Positions 48,375 to 61,210 of a stretch of DNA of 64,000 nucleotides are shown here, in pieces. Both the position numbers and the translations under genes were made by a program. The stretch is from Oculina patagonica. Lineage: Eukaryota. Where the stretch lies: assembly GCF_052425735.1 (NCBI RefSeq), contig NC_135758.1:29636001-29700000 (forward strand), given 5' to 3'. The stretch's first letter is position 1. The number at the start of each line of letters is the position of its first letter. The notes beneath the pieces were generated by a model. That model worked only from the letters and a program-made list of their open reading frames with translations, did no database searches and was not told the origin of the DNA.

Positions 48375-50000
48375 AGCTTAGGCAACACCAATCTCGAGCC
48401 CAGAGTTCGTCTAGTCGGTCAGCGGTACGGGACGGACTCTGAAACTGGAATCGATCAGATCAATTTCAGGTCGATTTCAGGTAGAACCTTGGTCTTCCGG
48501 TTTTTATTGCGCATGCTCTCAGGTAAGCGGAAGTAAATTTCCCAGAACGGAAGTAAATCGAGAGAGTCGAACTATTTCTATAACACAGTATCGACAGAAC
48601 TGGTGTTTATCGAAGCAACAAAAGCAACAAAAACGTTCTGCAGTTAACAAAAGAGAGAGTTAACAAAAGAGCGTCTGGTGTTTTGATTTCCGTTAGTCTT
48701 TTTCTTGAGCATACTGCTATATTGGTTTTAAATCAAAGATCTTGTTTGCCTTCCAGGATTCCGCCTGTGAAGACTGCGTGCGTGTGTCAGTTGTTGTTTT
48801 GCAGACGACGGCGAAGAAATATACATGATGCGCAACGCACGGACAAGCTATTGTTCTGTTGACAAAAATGTTTGTTTGGCGACTTTCGTTTATTTCAGAG
48901 GCTTTCAAAGATTGCTGACAGCGCATCTTTAATCGGGCGTGGCCGATTCGTAATTTACCCTTTAGGCGTCCTAGTCGATAGTCTCCTGTCGGCCAAAAAC
49001 GACGGGGATAGCCTGGGCCAATCGGTTTCATTTCAGTTTTGACAGTAAATCGTTGTAGGAACGCTGGGTCGACTTTTGGGCTAATCTGCAATCTGGTGCT
49101 CTTCTTTGCTTCGGCGGGAGGACAGAGAAAAAAGCTTAAGGGAGAAAGTACTAATAATCATCATTGTGAAACTGTAGTTGCTTTGACAGGTTGAAGCTAT
49201 TTTTGTAAATAAAAGGGGTAACGTCATTCATGTCACGCAATGTTTTTGTGGGAAACTTTGAAACTAGACGCTTTGCTGGTTTCTACAAATAGCAGTGTGA
49301 TCTGGCGGTACATTGGCGGACTCCCTTTGAAACTATTTTTTATATATTTAGCAAGAAGTGTGTTGATTTTCATTTCCGCACAGTTGGGCGTCAAAGTCGC
49401 CTGTCACAAAGAGTAGAATGTTTGCACAACATGTTTTGGATATATTTTAGATTTGGCTAGTGACGTTTATATAGTAAGACACTTCTCAAGACGTCAGCAA
49501 AACATTGGCAATGTACAGTATTGGTGTGAACTTGAATATTTTTTTTTTTACGAGATCAGTAAAGCTATCGAATGAAAAGGTGACTTCAAAATGAAAACTT
49601 CGAATAATTATAATTAAATACCAATTGAATTTTAGATGAGAAATTCCGGAAGTGACATCTGTGTTCAAAATAGGAATTTTTGTACAACTTAAAGTTCCGA
49701 AAAAAACCCACATGTTTTGTAAAATCATAGACAAACATGATCAGGAAAACAAAACAGGCCAAGGGGTTTTATTAAAGAGTTTGTGAACAAGACAATGGAA
49801 TCAAATTACATTTGAACTTGCAAAAAGAAGTATCTCTGCCGAGACATAATAGCGAATCCTTGCATTAATAATTATTGTATTCTGATCTGATTGTTATTTT
49901 TTTATGAATGAACTATTTGAAAGTGGTTCTCATTGATGAAAACAAAACGGTTTTTCATTCACTGCTTGAAGTATTTATAGACGTGAAAACATTCGCTTAA

Positions 50001-50555
50001 AGGAGAAGTTCACTCCAGAATGACCATTTATTTTCTTTACGCCAATAAAAATGTTATACAAAGATATGTTATTCACCAAAATTTCAGCCTCCAACGTGCG
50101 CTATAACCCTACGAAATCTTTGCCAAAACTCGACAACTGAAGGCCGCCATCTTGGAGCTGGTAATGTATGCGTGACGTCAAAGAGCTCAGCCTGAAGTTT
50201 GGCGGGAAAATTTAAATACTCTAAACTCCTTGTTTCTTCGTAGTGGCTTTAAATTTGTTTGTCAAAATGCCTGTTTGTGCATCTTCATTTTGCTCGATCA
50301 GAGCTTCAAGAAATACAAAAAAACAAAGAGTTTCGACTATTAAAATTTCCCCACCAAACTTCAGACTGAGCTCTTTGACGTCACGCATACATTACCAGCT
50401 CCAAGATGGCGGCCTTCAGTTGTCGAGTTTTGGCAAAGATTTCGTAGGGTTATAGCGCACGTTGGAGGCTGAAATTTTGGTGAATAACATATCTTTCTGT
50501 AAACTTTTTATTGGCGAAAAGAAAATAAATGGCCATTCTGGAGTGAACTTTTCCT
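50001..50555. mobile_element. Long fold-back MITE with TTAA TSD
   Basis: About 230-bp near-perfect inverted arms. TTAA|AGGAGAAGTTCACTCCAGAATG ... CATTCTGGAGTGAACTTTTCCT|TTAA. Confidence 0.85.
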
Positions 50556-51079
50556 TTAATCAAATTACATTCTGCACGAAATATTTTGTATCCATTTGTC
50601 CTGAAACTTTGAGGAAATTGAAATCTTTGTTGGACAGTACTGCATTAAAACAGTTCACTCGGAATTGAATAAAAAAATAAGAACCATATTGATAAAGGAA
50701 ATTTTAAAACTTTATTTTGGCTCATTTTGACGAAATTCAGGATTTTCAAAGACTGCCAGTAAACGGCTGTATTTGTCTGTCTCTAACGATTTTGCTACGG
50801 TTTCGAACGAGCTAATTTTTCAACATGATATCATGGTAGCGGACAGAAGTCGGTTCGTTCTGAATTTTTCAATACGGTATACAAGTTACAGGTCAATATA
50901 CAGACCCTCTGTACAGTAAAAAAACGTTTGGGGAACAAACCATTGTGAACTTATTTTCTATGTTGATCAGTAAAAATCCTTAGTACGACATGGGGTTTGT
51001 TATCAAGTTCGTTAGTACGTTAATACGGCAAGGTGTATAACATCGTATAATCAACGGTTTACTGAAAAACTTCAGTAGA

Positions 51080-52075
51080 AATATTAAAACTAAAGTTGTC
51101 CGACGTTTCGATGTTGCTAACATCATTATCAAGGTAAAAGGTTGTATCGTGTTGTGAATACAAATTAGTTTGTGGAAAATAATAGACATTTGCTGCATGT
51201 TTATGTAAATAGTTTCGCGCGGATGGAGTCAGTTTGCACGTTTAAAGTTGGCTTTAGGTCTTGAATAATTAGCATTTCGTTGATGAGACAATCGAATTTG
51301 CTGCGGCATTTCTTTAAAACTGAGAATTTGTTAATTAGCTCCGATTTTGAGATCCCGTGCGTGTTCAACATGTGCTTTCCAATTGACGAATTCTGAGAAC
51401 TGTGTTCAGCAACACGTCGGTGCAGATAGTCCATATCGCATAGACCACATTTGAAATAGTACACCACGTATTGTTCGCTCCCGATCTTAGGTTTCTCTTC
51501 CCTGAGTTTTAAAAGGTCTCCTATTTTCCTATTTTCCGGCCCCTCCTTAACCTTCACCATGGAAACTGCTACAGACAACACCCTTCCTTTTCTGGGTATG
51601 AAATTAAAATATCAAAAAACGGCACAAATCTCATCGTAAATGTCTACAGGAAACCAACGAATACTGGCCTCTATCTTCACTACGATAGCCATGTCGACCA
51701 CCGATACAAGGTCGGCCTAATAAAAAACGATGCTCCACAGAGCCTATTGGCTATCGTCTACTTGGAAAGTTTTCACCGATGAGTGCGAGATTCTTAAGAC
51801 CACCTTCGCATAACTTCGTTATCCAACTCGACTAATTGACTCAACGATTAAGGCATTTATTCACGACCAAACCATCAGAAACAGGTCCAGTGTGTTTAAC
51901 GAAAACTCAGAAGAAGAACCCATCAGGATTCCCATCCCGTTCAAAGACCAGACATCAGCTGACAACACAAGAAAACAACTCCAATCACTGGGCAGCAAAA
52001 TCGGCGTGCGCCTACAACCAGTTTTCACAAGCCGGAAAATAGGAGACCTTTTAAAACTCAGGGAAGAAAACAAAC
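51080..52075. mobile_element. Rearranged Penelope-like retroelement fragment
   Basis: Minus 51201-51535 encodes a GIY-YIG endonuclease C-terminus (VVYYFKCGLCDMDY..LHRRVAEH..SSIGKH..EMLIIQDLKPTLN). Plus ~51545-52070 encodes the RT thumb/linker (FTMETATDNTLPFLG, VYRKPTNTGLYLHYDSH, MLHRAY) with stops and frameshifts. Confidence 0.85.
51098..51136 (-). ncRNA. Minimal hammerhead ribozyme motif (U3-A8 variant) at the Penelope 3' end
   Basis: Minus strand reads TTGATAA-T-GATGTT(AGC)AACATC-GAAA-CGTC. Confidence 0.55.
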
Positions 52076-52099
52076 CCAACAAACCGAACGCCTGGAACA

Positions 52100-52855
52100 G
52101 CCTACAGCAGCAGCAGCAGCGGCAGCAGCAGCTAGCAGCAGCAACAACAACAGCAGAAGCAGACGTAGCAGCAGCAGCTAGCAGCAGTAGCAGTAGCAGC
52201 AGCAGCAGCTAGCAGCAGTAGCAGTAGCAGTAGCAGCAGCAGAAACAGCAGCAGCTAGCAGCTAGCAGCTAGCAGCAGCAGCAGCGGCTAGCAGCAGCAG
52301 CAGCAGCTAGCAGCAGCAGCAATAGAAGCAGCAGCAGCAGCAGCTAGCAGCTGCAGCTAGCAGCAGCAGCTAGCAGCAGCATCTAGCAGCAGCAGCAGTA
52401 GAAGCAGCAGCAGCAGGAGTAGCAGCGGCAGTAGCAACAGCGGCAGCAGCAGTAGTAGCAGCAGCAGCAGGAGTAGCAGCGGTTGTAGCAGTAGTAGCAA
52501 AAGCAGCAGTAGTAGCAGCAGCAGCAGTAGTACGTAGTAGCAGCAGCAGGAGTAGCAGCGGCAGTAGCAACAGCGGCAGCAGCAGTAGTAGCAGCAGCAG
52601 CAGGAGTAGCAGCGGTTGTAGCAGTAGTAGCAAAAGCAGCAGTAGTAGCAGCAGCAGCAGTAGTAAGTAGTAGCAGCAGCAGGAGTAGCAGCGGCAGTAG
52701 TAACAGCAGCAGCAGTAGTAGTAGCAGCAGCAGCAGCAGCAGCTAGCTAGCAGCAGTAGCCGCAGCAGTAGCAGCAGTAGAACCAGCAGAAGCAACAGTA
52801 GTAGCAGCAGGAGTAGCAGCAGCAGCAGTAGTAGTAGCAGCAGCAGTAGCAATAG
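52100..52855. repeat. Compound (CAG/TAG)n low-complexity tract with a 133-bp higher-order repeat
   Basis: GGAGTAGCAGCGGCAGTAG starts at 52416, 52549 and 52682. Confidence 0.9.
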
Positions 52856-55429
52856 GCAAATGAAAAACGGTAAAACTACAGCCATATGTTACACATGAAG
52901 ACTATCAGCTGACTGAAGTGTTTCTTCCCTTAATAGATGCGCCGCCATTTGCATTTTGTTAACCTAATCTGAGTGCGCACACTGACTTTAACTTGTTGGC
53001 GGTCATACTAAGACTGTAATTCATGTAACGTGGTTCTGCTTAAAAAAACAAACATGTACTTGCATTTAAACCAAGGTTATAGTTATTTTAAAAAACTCAT
53101 TAATAATCCATAAAGAAAATACAAAAGCAATTAATGTTTAATGAGTGTCTTTATATCTGATAAAGACACGGCTAAACTTTACGTCCAATTTTCTTGGCCA
53201 GAATAACCCCAAATGTAAATATTAGTGCAAGAATGAGTTGATCTACATCAGAAGATTTTTAAGCCGTTCAATAAATTCGCAGCTCGTGTTTTATCAAGTC
53301 CAAAACACTCGGCTGCGCCTCGTGTTTTAAACTTGATAAAACACTGCTGCTCATTTATTAAACATTACATAACGTGAAAGCTTCGTAATTAATTTGTTTT
53401 CGCCGACAATCTTATCGAATGTCATTTATTTTGCAAACGTCTTGCAAATAAACCTGAACTAAAGTGGTTCGTAAACATGCAGGTGGTCATATTAGAATAA
53501 GGAGATTATTTTTTTTTCAGGTCCGCAATTTGAATTAAGAAATGATTCCGGCAAGGTTATTTGAAAACACATTTTCGTGACAATCTTCACTGAATGAGCA
53601 TTGGCAGCTTTATGTTTCTGTAGGGTAAGTCATATTTATTTCTTAGATATTCTTTAGGGTTATTTCATTAACACTATTAAATCCTCAAAAAATCATCCAG
53701 AATTAGTCAGTGATGGTTCAGTTTTCGACTCTAACTGATTGAATCTGATCGTGCGGCACACGTTTTGGCATTCCAGCGCATATTGTATTATCAAGTTCTG
53801 CATTTTGCTGCTCATCTAAAATCCTTCATTTTTATAACATTCGTTGTGTCCTCAGGACAAGATGATTATTTTTGATTATTTTTTTAATTCATTCGTAACC
53901 GATATGTACGTGTTCGCATCACCAAAGAGTGATGGCAATGTTAGTTACAGGTCAGGATTTGAATAAAGATTTATTCATTCAGTACATATATTTGTCACTC
54001 ACAACAAATAAGAAAAAATAAAATTCGTTCTTAACAAAATTCCAGCCTTAGGCACGTTCTTAGGATGCTCTTAAATTTTGGCCTTTTTTCACTCTCAAAG
54101 TTCTTATAAAAAGGTTCTTATAAAAAGGAGTGTATGTATAAACCGTGATTAGCTTCCAGAAATTAAATAATTGGTCACTTCTCAAACGTCGTAAAAGTCC
54201 AATATGAACTATAAGTTATCGAAAAAAAAAAACCCCCTAGCATTCGAAATCTTATCAGTTTTGATAATAAACGGCAGACATTCAATATTCGTTGATAAGA
54301 ACTGTCTTCTTAAAACAAACTGAAAAGCTAGCCGGAGAACTCTATATTAAAAGTAAGTTTCATTTCATTTCCGTAAAATTCATTATTATAATTATCATTA
54401 TAATATCGTCCGTTGTTTCATAAATGTCATTGACACATGCACCTGCAAAATTAATTTGCATGCCCTCAGTTGAGCTCAGTTTTTTATCAGTTTTTTTTCT
54501 TAGCCTGTGTGTATGCTTGATATTTTGCAAGGAAAATGTTCATTTTTCTTCGAGGTTTAAATGCTCATTAGAAGCCCAGTGAACCTAAAACTTTTATAAC
54601 ATAAAAAAGGAATTGTCTTGTATTCCCAAAGAAATTAACAAGTTCTTTTCCTTTAAAGGTTCGTACCAGACAAAGCTCTAAAATATTTAAAGTTTATTGA
54701 TAACGCTGAAGAAATGGCTTTAAAAATGAATAAAATGGCGAAACCTCCTTTAAGTAAGGTAAAACACTGGTACAGAAAGGTTTCTTGAGTTAGTTATTCA
54801 AATTAATAGTGTCCCTTGCTAATTCACTGACGATCCTCTTTGAATAGTGAGCCATTCAGTTCAAAGATGACCTTGGTGACGTTTTAATTTCAGTGTTTTC
54901 GCGTAAATATCAACAGCAGTTGCTAAGAAGTGGGAGTTCATCGTGAAAATACGTGAGAATATTTTGTCATTTATACGCAAATGATTCTGCGACATATTAG
55001 CTAATCAATTGTTCGGCTTTTTAAAGAATTATTCAGTGCATAGCTAGTCACTTGCTTTTCCGGAGAGAAACTGAACAACATACCTTGAATATATACAGAA
55101 GATAGAGCTCACTCAACGACAAGTAAGGTGTTGTGTTTTTAATACTTATTTTACTTTTAATAAGGAATCAAAACCTCTAGAAATATAAATATAAAGATAT
55201 AATCACGAAATTGTTGGAAGCAAAGCAAAGTGAAGTGATGAGGAGACTTATTTGGTACACGATTCTCAAACGAATTTACCGGCTTAAAAAACAATCTTTT
55301 TTGTGTGAGTTTAAAAAACAATGTTTTTTTTTCGAAAGAATTATTCGTCGTATCAGTGCATTAGCGATCAGGATTCAATCGGTGAGTGCAGCGGCGAGAC
55401 ACGCAGGTGTGCTGTTCTTTTTTGATCAT

Positions 55430-55655
55430 TTTTCTCCTATATCAGTGATAACCTACCATACAATATACTTCTTAAAAATACTGTTTTATCTGACCCATAA
55501 AGTGTTAAAATATAGACTAAATTTTCGGCAACCTTCTGTTGCCTTCGTCAGAGTAAACGTTGACAGAAGGTTGCTGAAAATTTAGTCTATATTTTAACTA
55601 TTTTTTTAGGTCAGATATAACAGTATTTTTAAGTTTAATCGTTATCACTGACTGC
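55430..55655. mobile_element. Fold-back Penelope-like terminal fragment containing a hammerhead motif (minus strand, 55515-55556)
   Basis: 55440-55540 is inverted at ~55563-55650. Minus strand reads CTGACGA-A-GGCAAC(AGAAG)GTTGCC-GAAA-ATTTA. Confidence 0.55.
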
Positions 55656-58600
55656 CCGAACAGCAATATACTTCTGTTCTCTCATTCTTCGGATTTGGCA
55701 AGTGGCACGCCGGCACTAGCGGCAGATGAAACTCATCAATGGGTCGACTTTATTACGGATTATTCGCGGTCTTGCTCCCGTCCGCACATAACACCAATTA
55801 TAGATCTCGAGATTCATTTCTATAAGGATTGCACGTGAGCTTGATAGTGTTGACTTAAGTCACAAGAACCTTTTTTTGATGAGTCAGAGAGAGTCAGAGT
55901 AAATACAGATATATCTCCCTTACACTGTGTCAATCAATAATACAGGCTACATATACAATATGGCAGTGAGAACTGTTAGGCAGCCTGCTGGTCGCCAATC
56001 GTTGAGATCATTATATTTATTTTTGTTTTGTTTGCTCAACACAATACAAGTCACAGGGAACAATACCACTGGTGTGTTAGACGTATTTACCCGGAAAATA
56101 AATAATGATATTTTCCTGTTTCACTGTTCGTATCACAGTTTGTAAGCAAATAATCATAACCCAAAACTCTAATTTATGATTGTTAGGATAAAAATAAGAT
56201 AACTGATGTTTATGAACAAGCAGAGAGCTCACAGTGGACAGAACCTTTGACATGAGCCAATTTAAAAATACTAGTTGATGAAAAGCCGAGTGCCTCTCCC
56301 CCAGTTGGCAATGGTAAAATTCTTTTGGAAAATTACATCTTTTTAGACTTTCTTGAATTCCGCAACCCCCCAATATTGCCAATCAGTTACCATATTGTTA
56401 CCTAGTTTTCGCGGGAACTTTATTTCGCGAAAATGGAATGGGCATATTTCGAGAGACTTTATTTTTGCGAATCATCGGGTAAAAAAAAGAAACGTTTTTA
56501 ACATAAAAAATATAATATAAAAGGTTGAAAAACAAATTTTCGCTGTTCTTAGATTTTGCTTTTTTCAAAAGATTGCGAAAATTAACAAGTCCCGCGAAAA
56601 AAATGAAAGTACACTTTATTGAAGGCGTGCAACAAGAGAGCCGATAATGTTTTTGACTTACAACTTCGAACCGTGAATTTTACGTATTTAACCTACTCAC
56701 CAGATCACTTACATTATTTTATTGTCCCAATCTGAATGCTCAAATTATAAAAGACTCAACTTCAACTGTTAGCGTAAGATATATTTTTAGAAGCAAAATT
56801 AATCACGTTCTCTGACTGGCTATTCCCTTAGTAACAACCTATGAACAGTCCATAACAAACAGTTATTGCACGATTAAATGAATCTTTCAAAAGCTCGCTA
56901 ATGATCATGTGAATGGCCATCAGTCCTTAAATTAAGAGCCGTGATGTACATGAAGTAATTTTGTAGCTCTGTAATGATCTTAAGAATATTTTTATAGCCA
57001 AAACTTTTAAAAAATTGATCGGGTCTTAAATAACCAAGCCAGCCCCAGTTCTGTCACTGTTATAGACTCGAGTTACACTCTTCCTTTGTATTTACGCCTG
57101 AAGTGATATTCTTTTTTTGTAAAAGAAAATATGGCAAAATCAAGATTACTGTACCGAAGTTTAGTAATTTATTCAGTTTAGCCAACTGTCTCTTCGGCAG
57201 GTCATTTACTTTGCAAATGTCTTGACAATAACTCCAAATTGAAGTGCTAATGACCACCTCTATGGGTAGCAAAATTTCAATAAGAAAACAAAACATTTTT
57301 TCTCCCGCAGTTTATTGAATCGGCCACGCAGGTAGGAATTTTCCGGTTATTTTGAATACACTAACTACATCATAACAAGACCGAATGCTACAACGTAGCG
57401 ATCGACTCTAAGAATATCGGTTATCTGTGGAAGATTGCTGAATGCTGACATCCTTCAAAGTAAGTTCGATTTGTATCTCGCTAGAAATTACTCTTACTGT
57501 CGGTTACGGTTCCTTTCCTAACCGTAATCCTTAAAATTATTAATCAGTAATGGTCCGCTAACGATTTTAGTCCATGAAATAATTATTACAGTACGTACAT
57601 TCAACTCCGGTGCAATGCCCGATACAACAAACTCAGATATAACGCGCCCGAACCACCGGGTACAACGAACACTGAAATCTTGTGATACTGGCTAGCGAAC
57701 TCTGCCAAAGTTTTGGCAGCGAAACAAACATGGCAAAGTTTTGGCACCGACCAAGCTCTATTTAATTTATATCAAGGTTGTAAATGTAATGTACTGAAAA
57801 TTGAACTTCTTGGGCATTTCCATAGTTAGGTTTAAGTGCAAAAACATATTGTTAGGACATTTCGAAACTTTTAGAATGATCGCTATACTATGTTGTTGCA
57901 GCAAGAGCATTTGTATCATGTTGATAACACGTTTTGTAGAATAATTCGTTTATTTTCGGTTTTCAGCAGGTTTTCAGGTTCGATTCACCTTTAAACCACA
58001 GTAATGAATGTCTGTTATGCTCATTTCCACTTTGTCTTCACCGTAGGCTTCGGCTGGGAATCTCACATTTGTTCCAGCTAGACAGTTAAAGTGGCATGAA
58101 GGCAGAGTTTTGACCCTGAGTGATATTTGTTGAACATTATGATCAAAATCAAGATGTTCGGCGCTAGGGGAGGGCAATGTCTATATTAGTTCAAATTAAA
58201 AGAACGGCAGGAATCCGTCAAATAGATAATATAGCCATGCACTATCAAATTTTGTTTCCGAGTAATGCATGGTGAGAAAAGAAATTATATCAGATATAAA
58301 TTGCTCGCTAGCAAAACGAGAGGCTCTTTGACTTGCAATCGAGAACATGGCGACCGATCGCAGCGAGTTCGGTGAAGTGTGACCGCGGATGGACAAAATA
58401 ATGTACCCGGCCTCTTTAGTCAGTCAATAAGTGCTATATATGGCCTGGATAGTTTAAGGCTCGCAGACTTTGCCGGGAAAATGGAAAAAGACATTTTTTT
58501 TGCCCATGGCGTTTAGTCCTTAATAAACATAAATTTGTATAGCGCTAAAATATTATATACATATTCAAAAGCGGTTTACATGATCAAATAAAAACTACCA

Positions 58601-58922
58601 AAAACTTACAGCCTAATTTGTGGAATGGATAAGAACGCGAATAGAACAAAGGGTAGTTCGAACTATACAATTTGGTAAAACCAGGGGCAAATTGTCAAGT
58701 CAAGTCAAGAACCTCATCATTGCTTTTTGTGTACTGTTTGTCAGCTTCGTTCACCTTATAAGATCGATGTATATTGAATAATCGTTTTCAAATTTTTTGG
58801 TGAACACTTCAGCCGTTATCCTTTTTTTGTTTTGTTATCCTGCCAAGACTAAAAACAACAGATTTTATAGCACAACGGCGTAGAAAATACACATGGACTT
58901 GGCAACTATTGTAAGATATTAA

Positions 58923-59358
58923 GACGGAATCCGCCAGGACTTCGAGTATTTAATTGGACAAAATTATGTACCAAAATTATTTTCATCTTAATCCCAACTT
59001 TGATGTTACTGTTTCAAATATCTTATCAAAAGAAATCATTTCTAACAACATCAATCATCGAAAAACATATTTCGAATTGAAGTTCCGCTGAATTTCACTG
59101 ATTCGCTTAAAAGACGATTTTACAAAATAGCTACACGTGAGATTTTACCCATAGCTTGTGAACTTTGAAATTTATTTTCTCAGACTCTGTTAAGAAATTG
59201 TTGTTAGTGTTATCACGGACAACTACTCATCTTTTACTTTTTAATTACTTTAACTTTTAAAAAGGCTAGAAAATAACGAAATAGGATTTAAATTATTCTG
59301 GTACTCAATTTTTATCCAACTAAAATTAATATTACTCGATTTCCTGATGGATTCCGTC
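58923..59358. mobile_element. TTAA-TSD MITE
   Basis: TTAA|GACGGAATCCGCCAGG ... CCTGATGGATTCCGTC|TTAA. Confidence 0.75.
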
Positions 59359-60909
59359 TTAAACGGCAATACAAATTGACTTAAAATCGACAAAGGAAGC
59401 TGTGCATAATTTTTGCAAATTTACTACCCTCCGAGAGTAAACCATTCAATCAACCCTCAGTAAACTTTTCAATTTCAGTGTTTTCACATAAACATATCAA
59501 TACGTTACTAAGGAGTGGGAGTTCATTCATGACAATGTAAGACAATAGTTTCGATCATACCACATTAATCACATGATCCCATGTGTATATGATTTCAGAT
59601 TAAATGCACTACTACTGAGCCACTTGCGCAAGAGACGGTATACCAGCCTGCAACCTTGCACGGATACATGCAAAAACACAACAACTCAACGTAAGTAACT
59701 GTAAATCATCTTATTGTCGCATCAGTTACGGGATCACAACCACATATAATCAAAAAGATAAAAAACTGATCAGTGAAAACCAGACCAAACTGAAGAAAGC
59801 ACAGTGAATCGGGCCGAAAGTTAGATTCTTATCTTCAAAAACTCGAGGAAGGTTATAACAAAATAAGCCGCCCTTTTATAGCATACGATGGCCGAAGTAA
59901 CTAAATTATATTATCGTTATTATCATTATTTTTTTATGTTACAATGATCAAGTGTTTTTGTATCTCTGGCCTACTGATTTGTCAGGAATATATTTCGCGC
60001 TATACAAATGTGCGACGGATAATTTGGTGTTTAACTAACAAAAATCAATATCTTTATGCTCGTTGTGCGTTTGGGTTTGTCATTAACGCACATCTCATTC
60101 GGGATTGTTAGCGCAGTCGTCGTAAATGGGTGAATTAATTAGTTTTATTCTAGCTATGCCTGAGATTAGCCTTTCGCAGGTCCAATTTTTTTATATTGAG
60201 CACAAATATCAACTGCCAAATTTCATCTTAGTTGTTTATTCATATGCGCATTTCCCCGTTTACCGGTAGAAAAACATATACTGTGCTATGTGCGCAAATA
60301 AATGACTTATTCCCTTACAGTTTCAATATCAGACGTTATTAGCAAATGTGATGCAAAATAAGAAGGGAGATCGTGGCGTCATGTTCGCTTTTTGCCGCGT
60401 CTGACGTTAATACTTTATTTGACGCGAAAAAAAAAAAAGAAAGAAAGAAAACACTCTGGCCATTTGGTGTCGTTTTTCAGCTGAACAGTGAATTATTATT
60501 ATTTTTCTTGTATTCGTGGGCATGCAGTAAATTATCAGCACTAGGGTTCTTATTGCCGCCTAATAAATTAAACCGTATATACAGACTGCAGTGATCTCTG
60601 ATCAACTGCCCTGGCCTTAAAAAAAACCTTGCATGACATAATCTGGCAGGTTGTTCACCGTTTCCAAGTTCCACATAAGCTTTGTAAGAGAAGCTTGCGT
60701 CCGCTTTCAATGATTACCATAGGAGAAGCTACAAAAGACAGAAATGTGCTGGTTCTAATATCATTAAGCTATGTCATGTCGATAACTAATAAGCTTTACA
60801 CAAACTGAGTCTATCTATGCATGGTAACTTTGAAAGAAAAGAGCTTCTTTTTATAATTATTATTAACTTAGGCTATCGGGATACGAACTGTGAGCTGTAC
60901 TCAGTGTTT

Positions 60910-60950
60910 ATTTAACAATTAGAATACTCGCCCTCGTTTTCTATGAGCAA

Positions 60951-60986
<36 letters not shown>

Positions 60987-60987
60987 A

Positions 60988-61023
<36 letters not shown>

Positions 61024-61210
61024 GAAACTCTAAAGGATTGCAGTCCAAGACCTACAATATTGTGCACTTTGAAGACAAAAATCAAGAAAATTTACCGCTT
61101 AAAGAGCTATGCGCGCGCGCGACTGTTTTCTATCGGCGAATAGAAAACAGTGGGAGAACCAATTAGATTCGCGGATTTCCAATAGAACACAGCTGAGTTT
61201 CTACTAATAA
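60910..61210. repeat. Interspersed element with a large palindrome centred on GAGGCGCAGCCGAG
   Basis: About 45-bp arms at 60913-61018. The same loop occurs in reverse (CTCGGCTGCGCCTC) in a hairpin at ~53285-53345. Confidence 0.6.

Noticed and set aside
52370-52885. 171-aa poly-Leu/Cys/Ala ORF
   Set aside because: Translation of the CAG/TAG microsatellite.
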